DNA of 26,436 nucleotides, taken from positions 1-26,436 of the IMG/VR virus record IMGVR_UViG_3300049825_000152; one strand, 5' to 3'. The notes under the pieces were generated by a model. That model saw only the letters and a list, made by a program, of their open reading frames with translations, did not search any database and was not told where the DNA came from. This document shows positions 16,801-26,212 of the stretch, piece after piece. Position 1 is the stretch's first letter. The number at the start of each line of letters is the position of its first letter. Position numbers and translations under genes: made by a program. The stretch comes from a virus. Taxonomy: Duplodnaviria > Caudoviricetes.

Positions 16801-17500
16801 TTTTGACTGGGAAAAACTAATAGGCATGGCTGATCCTAATCAGCAAATGATCGGCCCCTCGCAGCGCATGACGCGCCCACCTAATGAAACGAAATTGCTG
16901 ATAGATAATTTCTCTGCGCAGCCAGCGCCTTCAAGCATGGGGGGTATTGCAGGGGGGATTAACCCCGGAGGGATGACCGGCGTAGGCGCTCATACAGACT
17001 ACGGCAACGTGCCCTCCGGTATGTCGCCTAGCGCGTTTGCAATTTTCAACGCGGCAAAAGGCGCGGCAGGCACTGGAACTAACTTTGCTACAGGGGCAAA
17101 TATGCCCGGTAATATGCCGAATAATGGCGGGATGCGCGTATCTTACCCCTCGCCCATTAACCGCCCGCAGCCAAACAATACAATGGGTTCGCCTAGTTAC
17201 CAATCTCAGTTTTGGAATGCCGCAAAAGCCCCTTCTCAGCCAAAATACACGCCGCAGCAAATTAATTTTGGCGCGCCGATACAGTCTGCAACAAATGCCG
17301 CAGGCGGCAATCCCAATTCTTTGTGGAATAAAGTGATAGGCGGGAATAATGGCGCAAATGGCTATGCAAACGGCGGACTGCTAGGCGGGCAAGTTGGCTC
17401 AGTTGGTAATGTTGTTACGGGCAATGGAAAAAAAGATGATTACGTCAACATTTTAACCGGCGGTGTTAGTGGTTTAGCTAAAAAACTCTTTGGGTGGTGA
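16793..17500 (+). CDS. Low-complexity G/P/N/M-rich internal virion protein candidate
   Basis: GGAG SD, overlaps upstream stop, lies in the ejection module. Confidence 0.65.
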   Translation: MVNFDWEKLIGMADPNQQMIGPSQRMTRPPNETKLLIDNFSAQPAPSSMGGIAGGINPGGMTGVGAHTDYGNVPSGMSPSAFAIFNAAKGAAGTGTNFATGANMPGNMPNNGGMRVSYPSPINRPQPNNTMGSPSYQSQFWNAAKAPSQPKYTPQQINFGAPIQSATNAAGGNPNSLWNKVIGGNNGANGYANGGLLGGQVGSVGNVVTGNGKKDDYVNILTGGVSGLAKKLFGW

Positions 17501-17501
17501 A

Positions 17502-19040
17502 ATGGGACTTTTAGACAATCTTGACGAAGATCAAAAAGCCGGGCTATTGCAGTTCGGACTTAGCCTCATGGCGAGCAAAAAACGCGGGCTGGGCGGCATA
17601 GGCGAGTCTGGTTTATTTGCTTTGCAAGGAATGCAAAACGCCAAAGATTCGGCAATGAAGCGCAAGTTACTGGAGTCGCAGATTGCTGAAAATGATAACC
17701 AAGCGCAAGCCAAGACAGACGCTTTCCGGCAAAAAGAGGAGTTAAATGATTTTATGACCCCCTTCACCGGCAAGCCGTTGAGCATGGGCGGCGCGGGGAA
17801 GCAGACCGGAACCATTGGCCCAACAAACGAAAACGCTAACGTGATGCAAAACCCGAATGCGCCGCGCTTGCCTACTTATCAAGAGGCAATGCAAATTAAA
17901 GCTATGGGCGGCGGGGACTTTAAGGATTACGCCGAAGTCGGCACGAAAGGCGTTGAGCAAAAAGGCGGCAGCTACTACATCAAACCGATGACTGGACAAA
18001 AGCAATACATGCCCGAAGTGCCTAAAGGTTATGGCATGGGTGACGATGGACAGCCGTTTCAATTTCGGAAATTTTTAGAGGGCGAGATTGACATGGCGGG
18101 CGGCGTGGCGGGGGCAAAAAAGCGCGCTGAAATGCCGTTCAACATACTGGAAAATCAGTGGCAGCAATACTACGCGGCAACGGGCGACGCAAAGGAAGTA
18201 TTCAACCCCGACACTAAGCAAATGGAGTTTGACAACCGCGCAAATATCACCGGAATGCGCCCGCCACAAGGATTGATTAACCCTAGCGCCCCACAATCCG
18301 GCAGAATGCCAAGCGCCAACGACATGGCGAAGATATTGGCTTACGAAAAGTCACAAGGCAATAATGTTGATTTGAACAATACAAGTTTCAATTTCCAAGG
18401 CGGCATGGAAAACCCTGCTGCGCCTAAGCGGTATGTGGCGAAACCAGACCCGATTGATCAGGCAAGATTAACCAAAGAGGCGACTTTATCCCCCGACTAC
18501 TCCGCTGATTTTAATAAACAATGGGTGAATACAGATTTTGCTGATGTTAAAAAGTCTGGCGGCACGGCAAAAAGCATGCTTAACAGCATAAGCGCCTTGC
18601 GAAACCTAGATTTAGAAACGGGGTTTGGTGGCGTAGCAAAAGAAAAAGTCGGCTCGGTATTATCTGGGTTTGGCATAGCAAGCGAAAATATTGCTAAATA
18701 TACATCTAGCGCACAGTCGTTTTTAGCGGTAGTCGGTGACGCGGCGCTAACAAAAACAGCACTCCAAAAAGGCACAGCAACAAACGAGGATGCAAAGCGT
18801 ATTGATTTAACATTACCAAAACTGACCAATACAAAAGAAGCAAATGCTTTTGTAATGGATTATGTTGAGGCGCTTGCTAATGCTGAGGTAAAGAAACAGG
18901 AATATTATCAAAAAGCATTTAACGCGGCACAAAAAGACAAAATCTCCAACCTCGGCGAAATAGATGAAAGATGGATGCGCGGAGGCTACTCTATTTGGAA
19001 TGACCCTGCTATGCAAAAATGGAAAAAATATGCCCAGTAA
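17502..19040 (+). CDS. DNA ejection (internal core) protein
   Basis: ATG at 17502 after GGTG; MGLLD..GLLQFGLSLMA..GLGG N-terminus, helical C-terminus; gene order. Confidence 0.7.
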   Translation: MGLLDNLDEDQKAGLLQFGLSLMASKKRGLGGIGESGLFALQGMQNAKDSAMKRKLLESQIAENDNQAQAKTDAFRQKEELNDFMTPFTGKPLSMGGAGKQTGTIGPTNENANVMQNPNAPRLPTYQEAMQIKAMGGGDFKDYAEVGTKGVEQKGGSYYIKPMTGQKQYMPEVPKGYGMGDDGQPFQFRKFLEGEIDMAGGVAGAKKRAEMPFNILENQWQQYYAATGDAKEVFNPDTKQMEFDNRANITGMRPPQGLINPSAPQSGRMPSANDMAKILAYEKSQGNNVDLNNTSFNFQGGMENPAAPKRYVAKPDPIDQARLTKEATLSPDYSADFNKQWVNTDFADVKKSGGTAKSMLNSISALRNLDLETGFGGVAKEKVGSVLSGFGIASENIAKYTSSAQSFLAVVGDAALTKTALQKGTATNEDAKRIDLTLPKLTNTKEANAFVMDYVEALANAEVKKQEYYQKAFNAAQKDKISNLGEIDERWMRGGYSIWNDPAMQKWKKYAQ

Positions 19041-20874
19041 TTTAGATGCGTTAGATGAAGATTTTTTTTCAAAACATCAACAAAGCGCCCGCATTGCGGA
19101 GAAAAAAGGTTTTGCGGGGGATTCATACGCCGGCATGTCAACACCGGAAAGATTTGCTGCGGCAAAATCCGATGGCTTTAATGATGCCACGTTAAAATTC
19201 GCCACGCCGTTCGGCACAATCAATACCCCTATCCCCATGCCCGGAGCGGAGAAGTTTGCGGCGCTTGGCGGAGGGCTTACATCTTTTGGGCGCGGCATCG
19301 GCGGGCTATTCACCGGCGGGAAAATGGAGGGCAAGGAAGAGTTTGATGCCGCACAAAAAGCCCTTGAGCAAGGAAGCTGGGGAAATAAGTTAATGGCTAT
19401 GGGCGGCGAAGCGTTGCCGACTATGGCTATCCCAGGATTGGGCGCGGGCGGATTAGCGGCGCGCATGGCAAAAATGGGCGCGGCAGGCGCGGGCGCTGGA
19501 TTTGCAGGAACAGAAGGCGGCGCTTCAGACAGGATAAGCGCAGGTGTTTTAGGCGGCACAGTAGGCGCGGCTATGCCGGGATTAGGCTTTGCCGCCAAAG
19601 AGGGATTTAACGCTGCTTTGCCATTCCTTGGCAAATACGGCACATCAAAACTTGCAGGGCGTGAGCTAGTTAAAAATCTTGGCGGCAATGATGCGGCAAG
19701 AACGGTTGCGGGGGAGATGGATAATGCAACTGAACTTTTGCTTGGATCAAAGCCTACCGCATCACAGGCTGTATTATCACCTAATGCTCGCCCATACTTT
19801 TCCGCAATGGAAAAAACGCTGAGCGCAAAAGAGGGGTTGTTGCGACCGGGCAAGCCCGGATTGAATGCCCGTGCTACGGAGCAAAATAAAGCCATTACGG
19901 ACATTACTGACCAAAAAAGCGCGGGGTTGTTGGGGGATATTGCCGACCGTGAAGCTAAGGTTGCGCCGATGTATGAAAATGCCACATTAAATCCTAATGC
20001 TCATGCCCCTTATGTAAAGGGGCAAACAAAAAAACTAATGGAGTCGCCGCAATATTTACAAGCAGTAAAGTTTGCTAATGAGAATCTATTCACAGGCAAG
20101 GGTAAAATCCCCCAAGATTTAGCCGATCCGCGCTACTTGCAATTAGTCAAAAAAGGCTTTGATAACCAACTAGAAACGGTCACTGCTACAACTGCCCCAG
20201 CAATCAATGCGGCAAAAGAAGCGTTTATGACATTATCTGGACATATCAGCCCAGACCTGAAAGCAGCGCGGCAAGAGTTTGCCAAGATGTCTGTTCCAAT
20301 CAATCAAAAGCAAATATGGCAAACACTCGACGATAAGCTCACTCCTTCGTTATCGGATTTTGGCGCGGAAGGGAAAAGTGTCCCCGCTGTATTCAAGTCC
20401 GCAATGGCTGACATGGACAAGACGGCGCAAAAAGCGACCAAATTCAAAAAATCAAAGGCGGATGAAATTCTTGACCCGCAAGACATGGGGCTGCTGTCTG
20501 ACATTGGATCAGACGTTGCGCGCAGAGAAAATGCCGCTCAAGCTGCCAAGGGGTTCCCTTCCAGCATGTTTGACAATTATTCCATGAGCAACCTCACCGG
20601 CAAAACTTTCCTTCCCAACTCTGGCGGCAAATTAGGGTTAATCCCGTCAATGGGCAAGTTTGTTTATGGTGGCGCAGACAATGAAGTAAGCAAGTTACTG
20701 ATTGAGAAATCACTCGACCCCAAAGCTATGGCGGAACTAATCCGTAAGGCGGCGGGGAAAGACCCGGCGGCAATGAAGAAACTTAAAAGTCTCTCGCGCG
20801 GCATTGGTGGCGGATTGTCCGATAACCTTGGGCTTCTTTCTGTGCCTTATGGCACTGACTTATTTGATAACTAA
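19030..20874 (+). CDS. DNA ejection protein with G/A-rich membrane-inserting segment
   Basis: Start moved to ATG at 19030; glycine-zipper-like stretch followed by helical region. Confidence 0.7.
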   Translation: MPSNLDALDEDFFSKHQQSARIAEKKGFAGDSYAGMSTPERFAAAKSDGFNDATLKFATPFGTINTPIPMPGAEKFAALGGGLTSFGRGIGGLFTGGKMEGKEEFDAAQKALEQGSWGNKLMAMGGEALPTMAIPGLGAGGLAARMAKMGAAGAGAGFAGTEGGASDRISAGVLGGTVGAAMPGLGFAAKEGFNAALPFLGKYGTSKLAGRELVKNLGGNDAARTVAGEMDNATELLLGSKPTASQAVLSPNARPYFSAMEKTLSAKEGLLRPGKPGLNARATEQNKAITDITDQKSAGLLGDIADREAKVAPMYENATLNPNAHAPYVKGQTKKLMESPQYLQAVKFANENLFTGKGKIPQDLADPRYLQLVKKGFDNQLETVTATTAPAINAAKEAFMTLSGHISPDLKAARQEFAKMSVPINQKQIWQTLDDKLTPSLSDFGAEGKSVPAVFKSAMADMDKTAQKATKFKKSKADEILDPQDMGLLSDIGSDVARRENAAQAAKGFPSSMFDNYSMSNLTGKTFLPNSGGKLGLIPSMGKFVYGGADNEVSKLLIEKSLDPKAMAELIRKAAGKDPAAMKKLKSLSRGIGGGLSDNLGLLSVPYGTDLFDN

Positions 20875-20876
20875 TC

Positions 20877-23282
20877 ATGAGACAAGCCATCGTATTACAA
20901 GATTTTGCGCAATATAAGCGCGGTATGTACGTTCAAACCGACGCCGAAATCACGACAATTTTAGCGGGCGCAAACGCCAGCAAGATATTACTCACCAATC
21001 AAGAAATTTACTTTCCCACGCCACCAAATATGGGGGATATGGAAAAGTCGGTTTATGATCCAGATGGAGACGGCAAGGTTGTGTCGGCGGTTACGGCAGA
21101 TAATGGACTAGAAGAACATCCTTATTTTTCCCCCTCCCCTATCAGCTTAGCCGCCGCCGAGCTGCTCGCCCCTTACAACGGCTTGCCAGCAGAAGCGCCG
21201 CCGATGCCGATACACGAAACCACGGCTGCGCTGCCTGCCGTCCCCGCTGATAACGGCACCATGCTGTTGCAGGCTGGTACAACCTATCACGGCGTAATCG
21301 ACCTGACCGGCAAAACAAATATCACCGTGGCAAAGACAGGCGAAGGCGCTGATCCTATCGTCATCCCCGGCAATCGTGTAGTTGGCGCAGTGTGGACAAG
21401 CCTTGGCAATGGCGTTTTCTCCACCCCGCTGGCAATTGCGCCGCTCAATGTGTCGATGATGTCCGGCAAGATGCTGGAAGTCTCACACTGGCCGGCGACA
21501 AAACAAACCGTGCTGGTGTCGGCAAGCCGCAGCGGGAACAATCAAATTACCTTATCCGCGCCGCCGATAAATGCCGACCTCGTTGGCGCAACGGCGGTGA
21601 TTACCGGCAGTGAATTTACATGGAACGAACGCTTAGTGGATTCGGTAGCGGGCGCAGTGATTAACCTGAATGCCACCCCGCTTGACCCTGCTGACGGCGC
21701 GGCTAGTATCAGCGTGGCGCAACCTAAAGTCTATTTTGAAGGCAAGTTGTGGATGCTATCGCAGGCTGGCGCACAGCTTCAGTGGCATCACCAAGCTGGC
21801 ACACTGTATGTGCGCATGGATGATGATTTAACACCGGGCGACCGCCTGATTATCGCTACCGCTGAATCCAGCGTGGTCGGCGGCACGAATTGCAAGCTGA
21901 TTCAAGTCGGATTACACGGCGGCGTGCGCGGGTGGTTTGCTGGGATCGGCGCTAACAATGCCGTGTACTATGGTTTTGCGCAATCAGTTTTGCGCGACGG
22001 CATATGGGTGGGCGGCACAGCAGATGATAACGGCGCAACCAATTTCACCGCTGTTAAGTGGCGCGCGCGCTGGTGCGGCATGTCGGCAATCAATGGATTC
22101 CGTCGGTATAAAAATGCGTCGGTTTACAATTCCAGAACAACGAATACCCGTTTAATCGACTGCCTGATTACCGAAACCAATCACAACATGCCGAAACGGA
22201 CGTGGGGTGCGGTGGCGCTTTACAATTCCACTGGCGGCGAGTTTGATGTGGAGATTAAAAACAGCGGCGGCACGGGTATTTTCTTGCCGTGGGACTGCAA
22301 GGTGCATCGAGCAATTGTCAACGGCGCGGGCATCAACACCGGCGACGTGGGCGGCATTTACTGCATCGGCAGATTCGGCGTAACACAATTTGACAATAAA
22401 ACTCATATCACCTACGCCAAAGTTTCCAACATGCTGGGAGTCAATCATTTTGGGTTTTATGCCGACGATTACGCAAAAAACATCACGATTGACCGGTTGG
22501 ATGTGTCGAATGTGCGGCACGGAACGCTGATTCATTCGGGTTGGAATACCGTGTTCGGCGAGGTGAATTTTGAAAACGTCATTGAGTCCGTCATTGTGGT
22601 ATCTGACAATAACGCGGCGGTGAGAGCGCCACTCACATACAATACTGACAACAATCAATTCCGCCATGTGCGCGGGCGACTTCTTGCGGGCACAAAGCTA
22701 TTTGATTTGCGCAACAACTCCATCGCAGGCCGGCCTTTTATCAACATGGTAACATCTGAGCGCGGCAGCATTGGCGGACTTAATCAAGCCTCGACTTCCT
22801 TTGCCATCACCGGCGGCAGTACTACCTATGACGTTTTTTCTTGGCGGCAAGTGTTCGCCAAAGACTCGGAAACCGTCACGGATTACATCGTGCCATTGCG
22901 AGGGTTTACCGGCGTTTCCGACCCTTCTGGCTTTAGTAAAGGCCAAAAAATCCCCTTTGAAATAGGGTTGAGCGGATCGGTTCCGGCAGGCTCTACCCTG
23001 CAAATTGCGGTCAGCAACGTGACAAACGCTGCAACCGCCTATAGCTTGGTGGCAGAGGTAGCTTACGATACAGGGCAAGGCTTAGGCGCTTACAGCGCGC
23101 TTACCGTTGGCGCGCCGGCCGTTTACACGACTGTCCCGCTCATTTTCGGCACGCTGAAAGTGTCTATCCGATTCCAAACCCTTGTTGCGCCGGGCAACAC
23201 GGCGGCATCGATTGGGTTTGCCGTGCTGAACGGCGTAGGCACAACCGGCTCCAGCGGCGGCGGCACGGCGGTGTTTGTATGA
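20877..23282 (+). CDS. Tailspike / receptor-binding protein with right-handed parallel beta-helix (possible depolymerase)
   Basis: GDMEKSVYDPDGDGKV fibre motif; LLQAGTTYHG, GTLYV, DVGGIY, GFYADD motifs of beta-helix proteins. Confidence 0.75.
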   Translation: MRQAIVLQDFAQYKRGMYVQTDAEITTILAGANASKILLTNQEIYFPTPPNMGDMEKSVYDPDGDGKVVSAVTADNGLEEHPYFSPSPISLAAAELLAPYNGLPAEAPPMPIHETTAALPAVPADNGTMLLQAGTTYHGVIDLTGKTNITVAKTGEGADPIVIPGNRVVGAVWTSLGNGVFSTPLAIAPLNVSMMSGKMLEVSHWPATKQTVLVSASRSGNNQITLSAPPINADLVGATAVITGSEFTWNERLVDSVAGAVINLNATPLDPADGAASISVAQPKVYFEGKLWMLSQAGAQLQWHHQAGTLYVRMDDDLTPGDRLIIATAESSVVGGTNCKLIQVGLHGGVRGWFAGIGANNAVYYGFAQSVLRDGIWVGGTADDNGATNFTAVKWRARWCGMSAINGFRRYKNASVYNSRTTNTRLIDCLITETNHNMPKRTWGAVALYNSTGGEFDVEIKNSGGTGIFLPWDCKVHRAIVNGAGINTGDVGGIYCIGRFGVTQFDNKTHITYAKVSNMLGVNHFGFYADDYAKNITIDRLDVSNVRHGTLIHSGWNTVFGEVNFENVIESVIVVSDNNAAVRAPLTYNTDNNQFRHVRGRLLAGTKLFDLRNNSIAGRPFINMVTSERGSIGGLNQASTSFAITGGSTTYDVFSWRQVFAKDSETVTDYIVPLRGFTGVSDPSGFSKGQKIPFEIGLSGSVPAGSTLQIAVSNVTNAATAYSLVAEVAYDTGQGLGAYSALTVGAPAVYTTVPLIFGTLKVSIRFQTLVAPGNTAASIGFAVLNGVGTTGSSGGGTAVFV

Positions 23283-23716
23283 TAAACAGCCGCGCCATAT
23301 CTGACTTAAACGACGCAGCAAAAGCTAAGGCTTCTGCATTCAAGGCAAAATGCTTAAAAGAAGGTATTGATGTTTTAATCTACTGCACTTATCGCGACCA
23401 CGAACAGCAATCGGCGCTTTATGCGGTTGGGCGCGACAAAAAAGGACGGGTGATCGACGCAAAAGCAATTTTGACAAACGCAGACGCCGGTGACTCTTTC
23501 CACAATTGGCGCTGCGCGTGGGACGCCGTACCGCTTATCGGCGGGAAGCCTCAATGGCGCAACGCAGAATTATATTTACGCATGGGTGTAATTGCTGAAT
23601 CGCTAGGAATTGAATGGGCAGGGCGCTGGAAAACATTTAAAGAGCGCGCTCATTTTCAATATACCGGCGGTGCAACCTTAGCAGATTATCAATCAGGAAA
23701 AATTCAATTCGCATGA
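23279..23716 (+). CDS. Endolysin, M15 family peptidase (L-Ala-D-Glu type)
   Basis: TYRDHEQQSALYAVGR, SFHNWRCAWD (SxHxxxxAxD), WAGRW..ERAHFQ. Confidence 0.92.
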   Translation: MINSRAISDLNDAAKAKASAFKAKCLKEGIDVLIYCTYRDHEQQSALYAVGRDKKGRVIDAKAILTNADAGDSFHNWRCAWDAVPLIGGKPQWRNAELYLRMGVIAESLGIEWAGRWKTFKERAHFQYTGGATLADYQSGKIQFA

Positions 23717-23900
23717 AAATATTACTCGGTCTGATATTGCTTTGCTCCACCAAACCAAGCCCATTGAATACGATGATGCAATTGAAATAAAATATCGTTG
23801 TGAAACAATTAAAGGGCAAGTGCAATCGCGCGTGATCGTCGTCGTAAGAATAGGCAGTTTTTTGAAGGTGGAAGAAGTAATTTGCGGCGAAGCCGTTTAA
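23713..23900 (+). pseudogene. Possible frameshifted small exported protein in the lysis cassette
   Basis: ATGA-coupled MKILLGLILLCSTKPSP... stops after 25 aa; the -1 frame continues IEYDDAIEIKYRC...ICGEAV to 23900. Confidence 0.4.
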
Positions 23901-23915
23901 CTTGAAAGGAAATAT

Positions 23916-24179
23916 ATGAATTTTTTATCCTCACGCACTATGGTTTTTAATGCGGTAGCAGGCAGCGCCGTAGCTTACTCAGTAGCGCAAGTATTGCTTG
24001 ACAAGGCGGGCGCATTTCTTCCGGCGCTGATCAGCAATCCCATCGCCTTGGCGATAGCAACCGCGCTTTTGCCAATTCTGAATATGTGGTTGCGCACTAA
24101 AACCAGCGTTCCGCTTGATCAGCGCCCAAACTTTGAGTTTGTTACCTCAGAAGCAAAATTCCCCGTTATCAATCAATAA
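23916..24179 (+). CDS. Holin-like membrane protein (2 TM segments)
   Basis: AAGGA SD; two hydrophobic segments, SRTMVFN and LRTKTSVPL motifs; near the endolysin. Confidence 0.7.
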   Translation: MNFLSSRTMVFNAVAGSAVAYSVAQVLLDKAGAFLPALISNPIALAIATALLPILNMWLRTKTSVPLDQRPNFEFVTSEAKFPVINQ

Positions 24180-24349
24180 TGGAAAAGTGTCCTGATGGGC
24201 GTCATCACTGGTACGAATATCGCGATGGCGTCCATCAGTTTCGCGCATGGCAGTTTGAACTCAGCATAGGCTTGGTTCATGGGTTTTATTGCCGGTGGTG
24301 TCACACAAAAAAACCGCATGAAAATATTGAAAAGGTTTGCAAAAAGTGA
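24179..24349 (+). CDS. 56-aa Cys/His-rich protein, putative zinc binder
   Basis: Not in the ORF track; TAATG coupling; MEKCPDGRHHW...YCRWCHTKK...VCKK. Confidence 0.55.
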   Translation: MEKCPDGRHHWYEYRDGVHQFRAWQFELSIGLVHGFYCRWCHTKKPHENIEKVCKK

Positions 24350-24445
24350 CAGGGTTCACAGTATAATTCGCGGGAAAATAATACACTCTTAATGCAGTTA
24401 GGTACGGCGGCCTTTGGGGGTGCAGCCGACAACAAGGCAAATTTT

Positions 24446-24865
24446 ATGAAAATTATTGTGGAACCTACTTCGAGTGGTATTTTAGGCTTTATCGCCACAT
24501 GGAAATCTGGCTTGTTGGCAAAACTGGGTATTGCAACCTTCTTTGGCGGGCTTGGCAGTGCCATCATCATGGCTGTAGATGGCAAGACCTATACCAATAA
24601 ACAAATTGGCCTACGCTTCTTTGTGGCCTCAACCACAGCTTTAGTGTTCACGCCGATAATTACGTTTTGGCTTGATCGACGGTTTGATTTTCTTGATCTG
24701 TCCAAAATGGACACGGTCGATGTGATTGCTTTTGCTACCGCGCCAATTGGCGTGATTACCGGCGCTCTGGCATGGATGCTTTTTGAAGTGTTGATATTTC
24801 TCGGCGGAAAAATAAAACCCGTTGCTTTGAGCTACATCATGCGACTGGCTGGGGTTAAAGAGTAA
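24446..24865 (+). CDS. Second holin-like or antiholin membrane protein (about 3 TM segments)
   Basis: AAGG SD before ATG 24446; hydrophobic helices; end of the late operon. Confidence 0.65.
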   Translation: MKIIVEPTSSGILGFIATWKSGLLAKLGIATFFGGLGSAIIMAVDGKTYTNKQIGLRFFVASTTALVFTPIITFWLDRRFDFLDLSKMDTVDVIAFATAPIGVITGALAWMLFEVLIFLGGKIKPVALSYIMRLAGVKE

Positions 24866-24929
24866 TCATTCCCCCCCCCTCAATTCATTTAATACTTTTT
24901 TCGCGCTTCGCTTGTTCTTGGCGTATCAC

Positions 24930-25523
24930 TCATAACGAACCATCCGTCCAGCCATCTGCTACGCCGGTGATGCGGTAAGAGGCGACTCGATAACCATCTT
25001 TATGTTTTAGCCATCGCCATGCTTCCGGCACAACATCCATATTAGAAAATATTTCTCCATAGCCATCCATCCATTCGTATTTGCACCCCTCTGGCACAGG
25101 GCATTCCCCGCCCGTCCAGGCTGTCCATTTGGTTTGTTCGGCTAGGCGAATTGATTCGGAATGTTTTGACCAATACCCTAACCCTGATTTCCCATTCGCA
25201 AACTCATACAAAATATAGGTTGATGAAGTGACTTCTATAATCTCCCCATAATTAGTCATCGTCCCCACTGGCAGCATCGACATATCAATTTGCTTCAACT
25301 CTGGCTTAGGCCGATTAGGGTTCTTGTCGGTGTTGTAGTCGGGGTGTGAGGGCTTCATGCGGATAGTTCGGCTGTATAAATCTGAATTTAATGGGCAATC
25401 TTCGGTAAAGTCAACCCAAACTTTGCCATAAGATGTATCAATACTGGATTCCCAATGCTCACACATTCCCTTTGCGCGAATAGTGGCAACCTGCATGATT
25501 AAATCGGCTTGCGGGTGTTTCAT
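24930..25523 (-). CDS. Hypothetical phage protein with C-terminal WTGGECPV module
   Basis: ATGA overlap with upstream gene; MKHPQADLI start and WTGGECPV..I..YR motif recur in phage accessory proteins. Confidence 0.8.
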   Translation of the reverse strand: MKHPQADLIMQVATIRAKGMCEHWESSIDTSYGKVWVDFTEDCPLNSDLYSRTIRMKPSHPDYNTDKNPNRPKPELKQIDMSMLPVGTMTNYGEIIEVTSSTYILYEFANGKSGLGYWSKHSESIRLAEQTKWTAWTGGECPVPEGCKYEWMDGYGEIFSNMDVVPEAWRWLKHKDGYRVASYRITGVADGWTDGSL

Positions 25524-26212
25524 TTGGCAAATCCTTTCGCTAATTCTAAAAATTCATCAATCCATTCTACGGTTATTTTGCATTGTTGATTATTATCAGG
25601 TGTGCATCCATTTGTAATCCCAAAAAACCAAACCTCTATTGGCCGCGAGCTATTAGGAATTAAACCGTTTCCTAGCTCGTTATATTTTACATGGCGAGCA
25701 TTAGCTATTGTTCCGCAAAGACAGGCGCACTCTCCCTCATATACGCTGCCGTCAACTTTCCCTGATAGTAGATGATTACGCAATGCTGCAATTTCATTTG
25801 GCGCACGCAACAGCACATCAAAAAAATCAGCTTTAATTACACTCAAGTCTGCACTGCTCAAGTCTGCACGGCTTAAGTTTGCACCGCTCAAGTCTGCACC
25901 GCGCAAGTTTGCACCGCTCAAGTTTGCACCGCTCAAGTTTGCATCGCGCAAGTTTGCATCGCTCAAGTCTGCACCGCGCAAGTCTGCATCGCGCAAGTTT
26001 GCACGGCTTAAGTCTGCATCGCTCAAGTCTGCACTGCTCAAGTCTGCACGGCTTAAGTTTGCACCGCTCAAGTCTGCACCGCTCAAGTCTGCACTGCGCA
26101 AGTTTGCATAAACTGCCACAGCTTTTTTTAGCGTAATAGCAATAGTGTTATTTTCGCAGTTATGTTCAAAAATAACCGCGCCTGAAAATCTATTTTTAAT
26201 TTGTATGTTCAT
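25520..26212 (-). CDS. Pentapeptide repeat protein
   Basis: About 18 A(D/N)Lxx repeats between an IQIKNRF N-terminal cap and a C-terminal domain with YEGECACLCGTIA; AGGAG SD. Confidence 0.92.
   Translation of the reverse strand: MNIQIKNRFSGAVIFEHNCENNTIAITLKKAVAVYANLRSADLSGADLSGANLSRADLSSADLSDADLSRANLRDADLRGADLSDANLRDANLSGANLSGANLRGADLSGANLSRADLSSADLSVIKADFFDVLLRAPNEIAALRNHLLSGKVDGSVYEGECACLCGTIANARHVKYNELGNGLIPNSSRPIEVWFFGITNGCTPDNNQQCKITVEWIDEFLELAKGFAK
25842..26107. repeat. 15-nt tandem repeat array encoding the pentapeptide repeats
   Basis: Unit GCA RAC TTR MGC VRT on the minus strand, about 18 copies. Confidence 0.95.

Noticed and set aside
19077-19985. 302-aa antisense ORF
   Set aside because: Shadow of the Gly/Ala-rich ejection gene; Pro/Ala-biased, no convincing SD or motif
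25842-26107. 15-nt array as a CRISPR array or DGR variable region (variable sites often include A)
   Set aside because: No unique spacers; in-frame coding repeat; the synonymous A of GCA never varies; no reverse transcriptase or template repeat in the window
25879-26136. Plus-strand ORF with HRSSL repeats
   Set aside because: Antisense reading of the pentapeptide array
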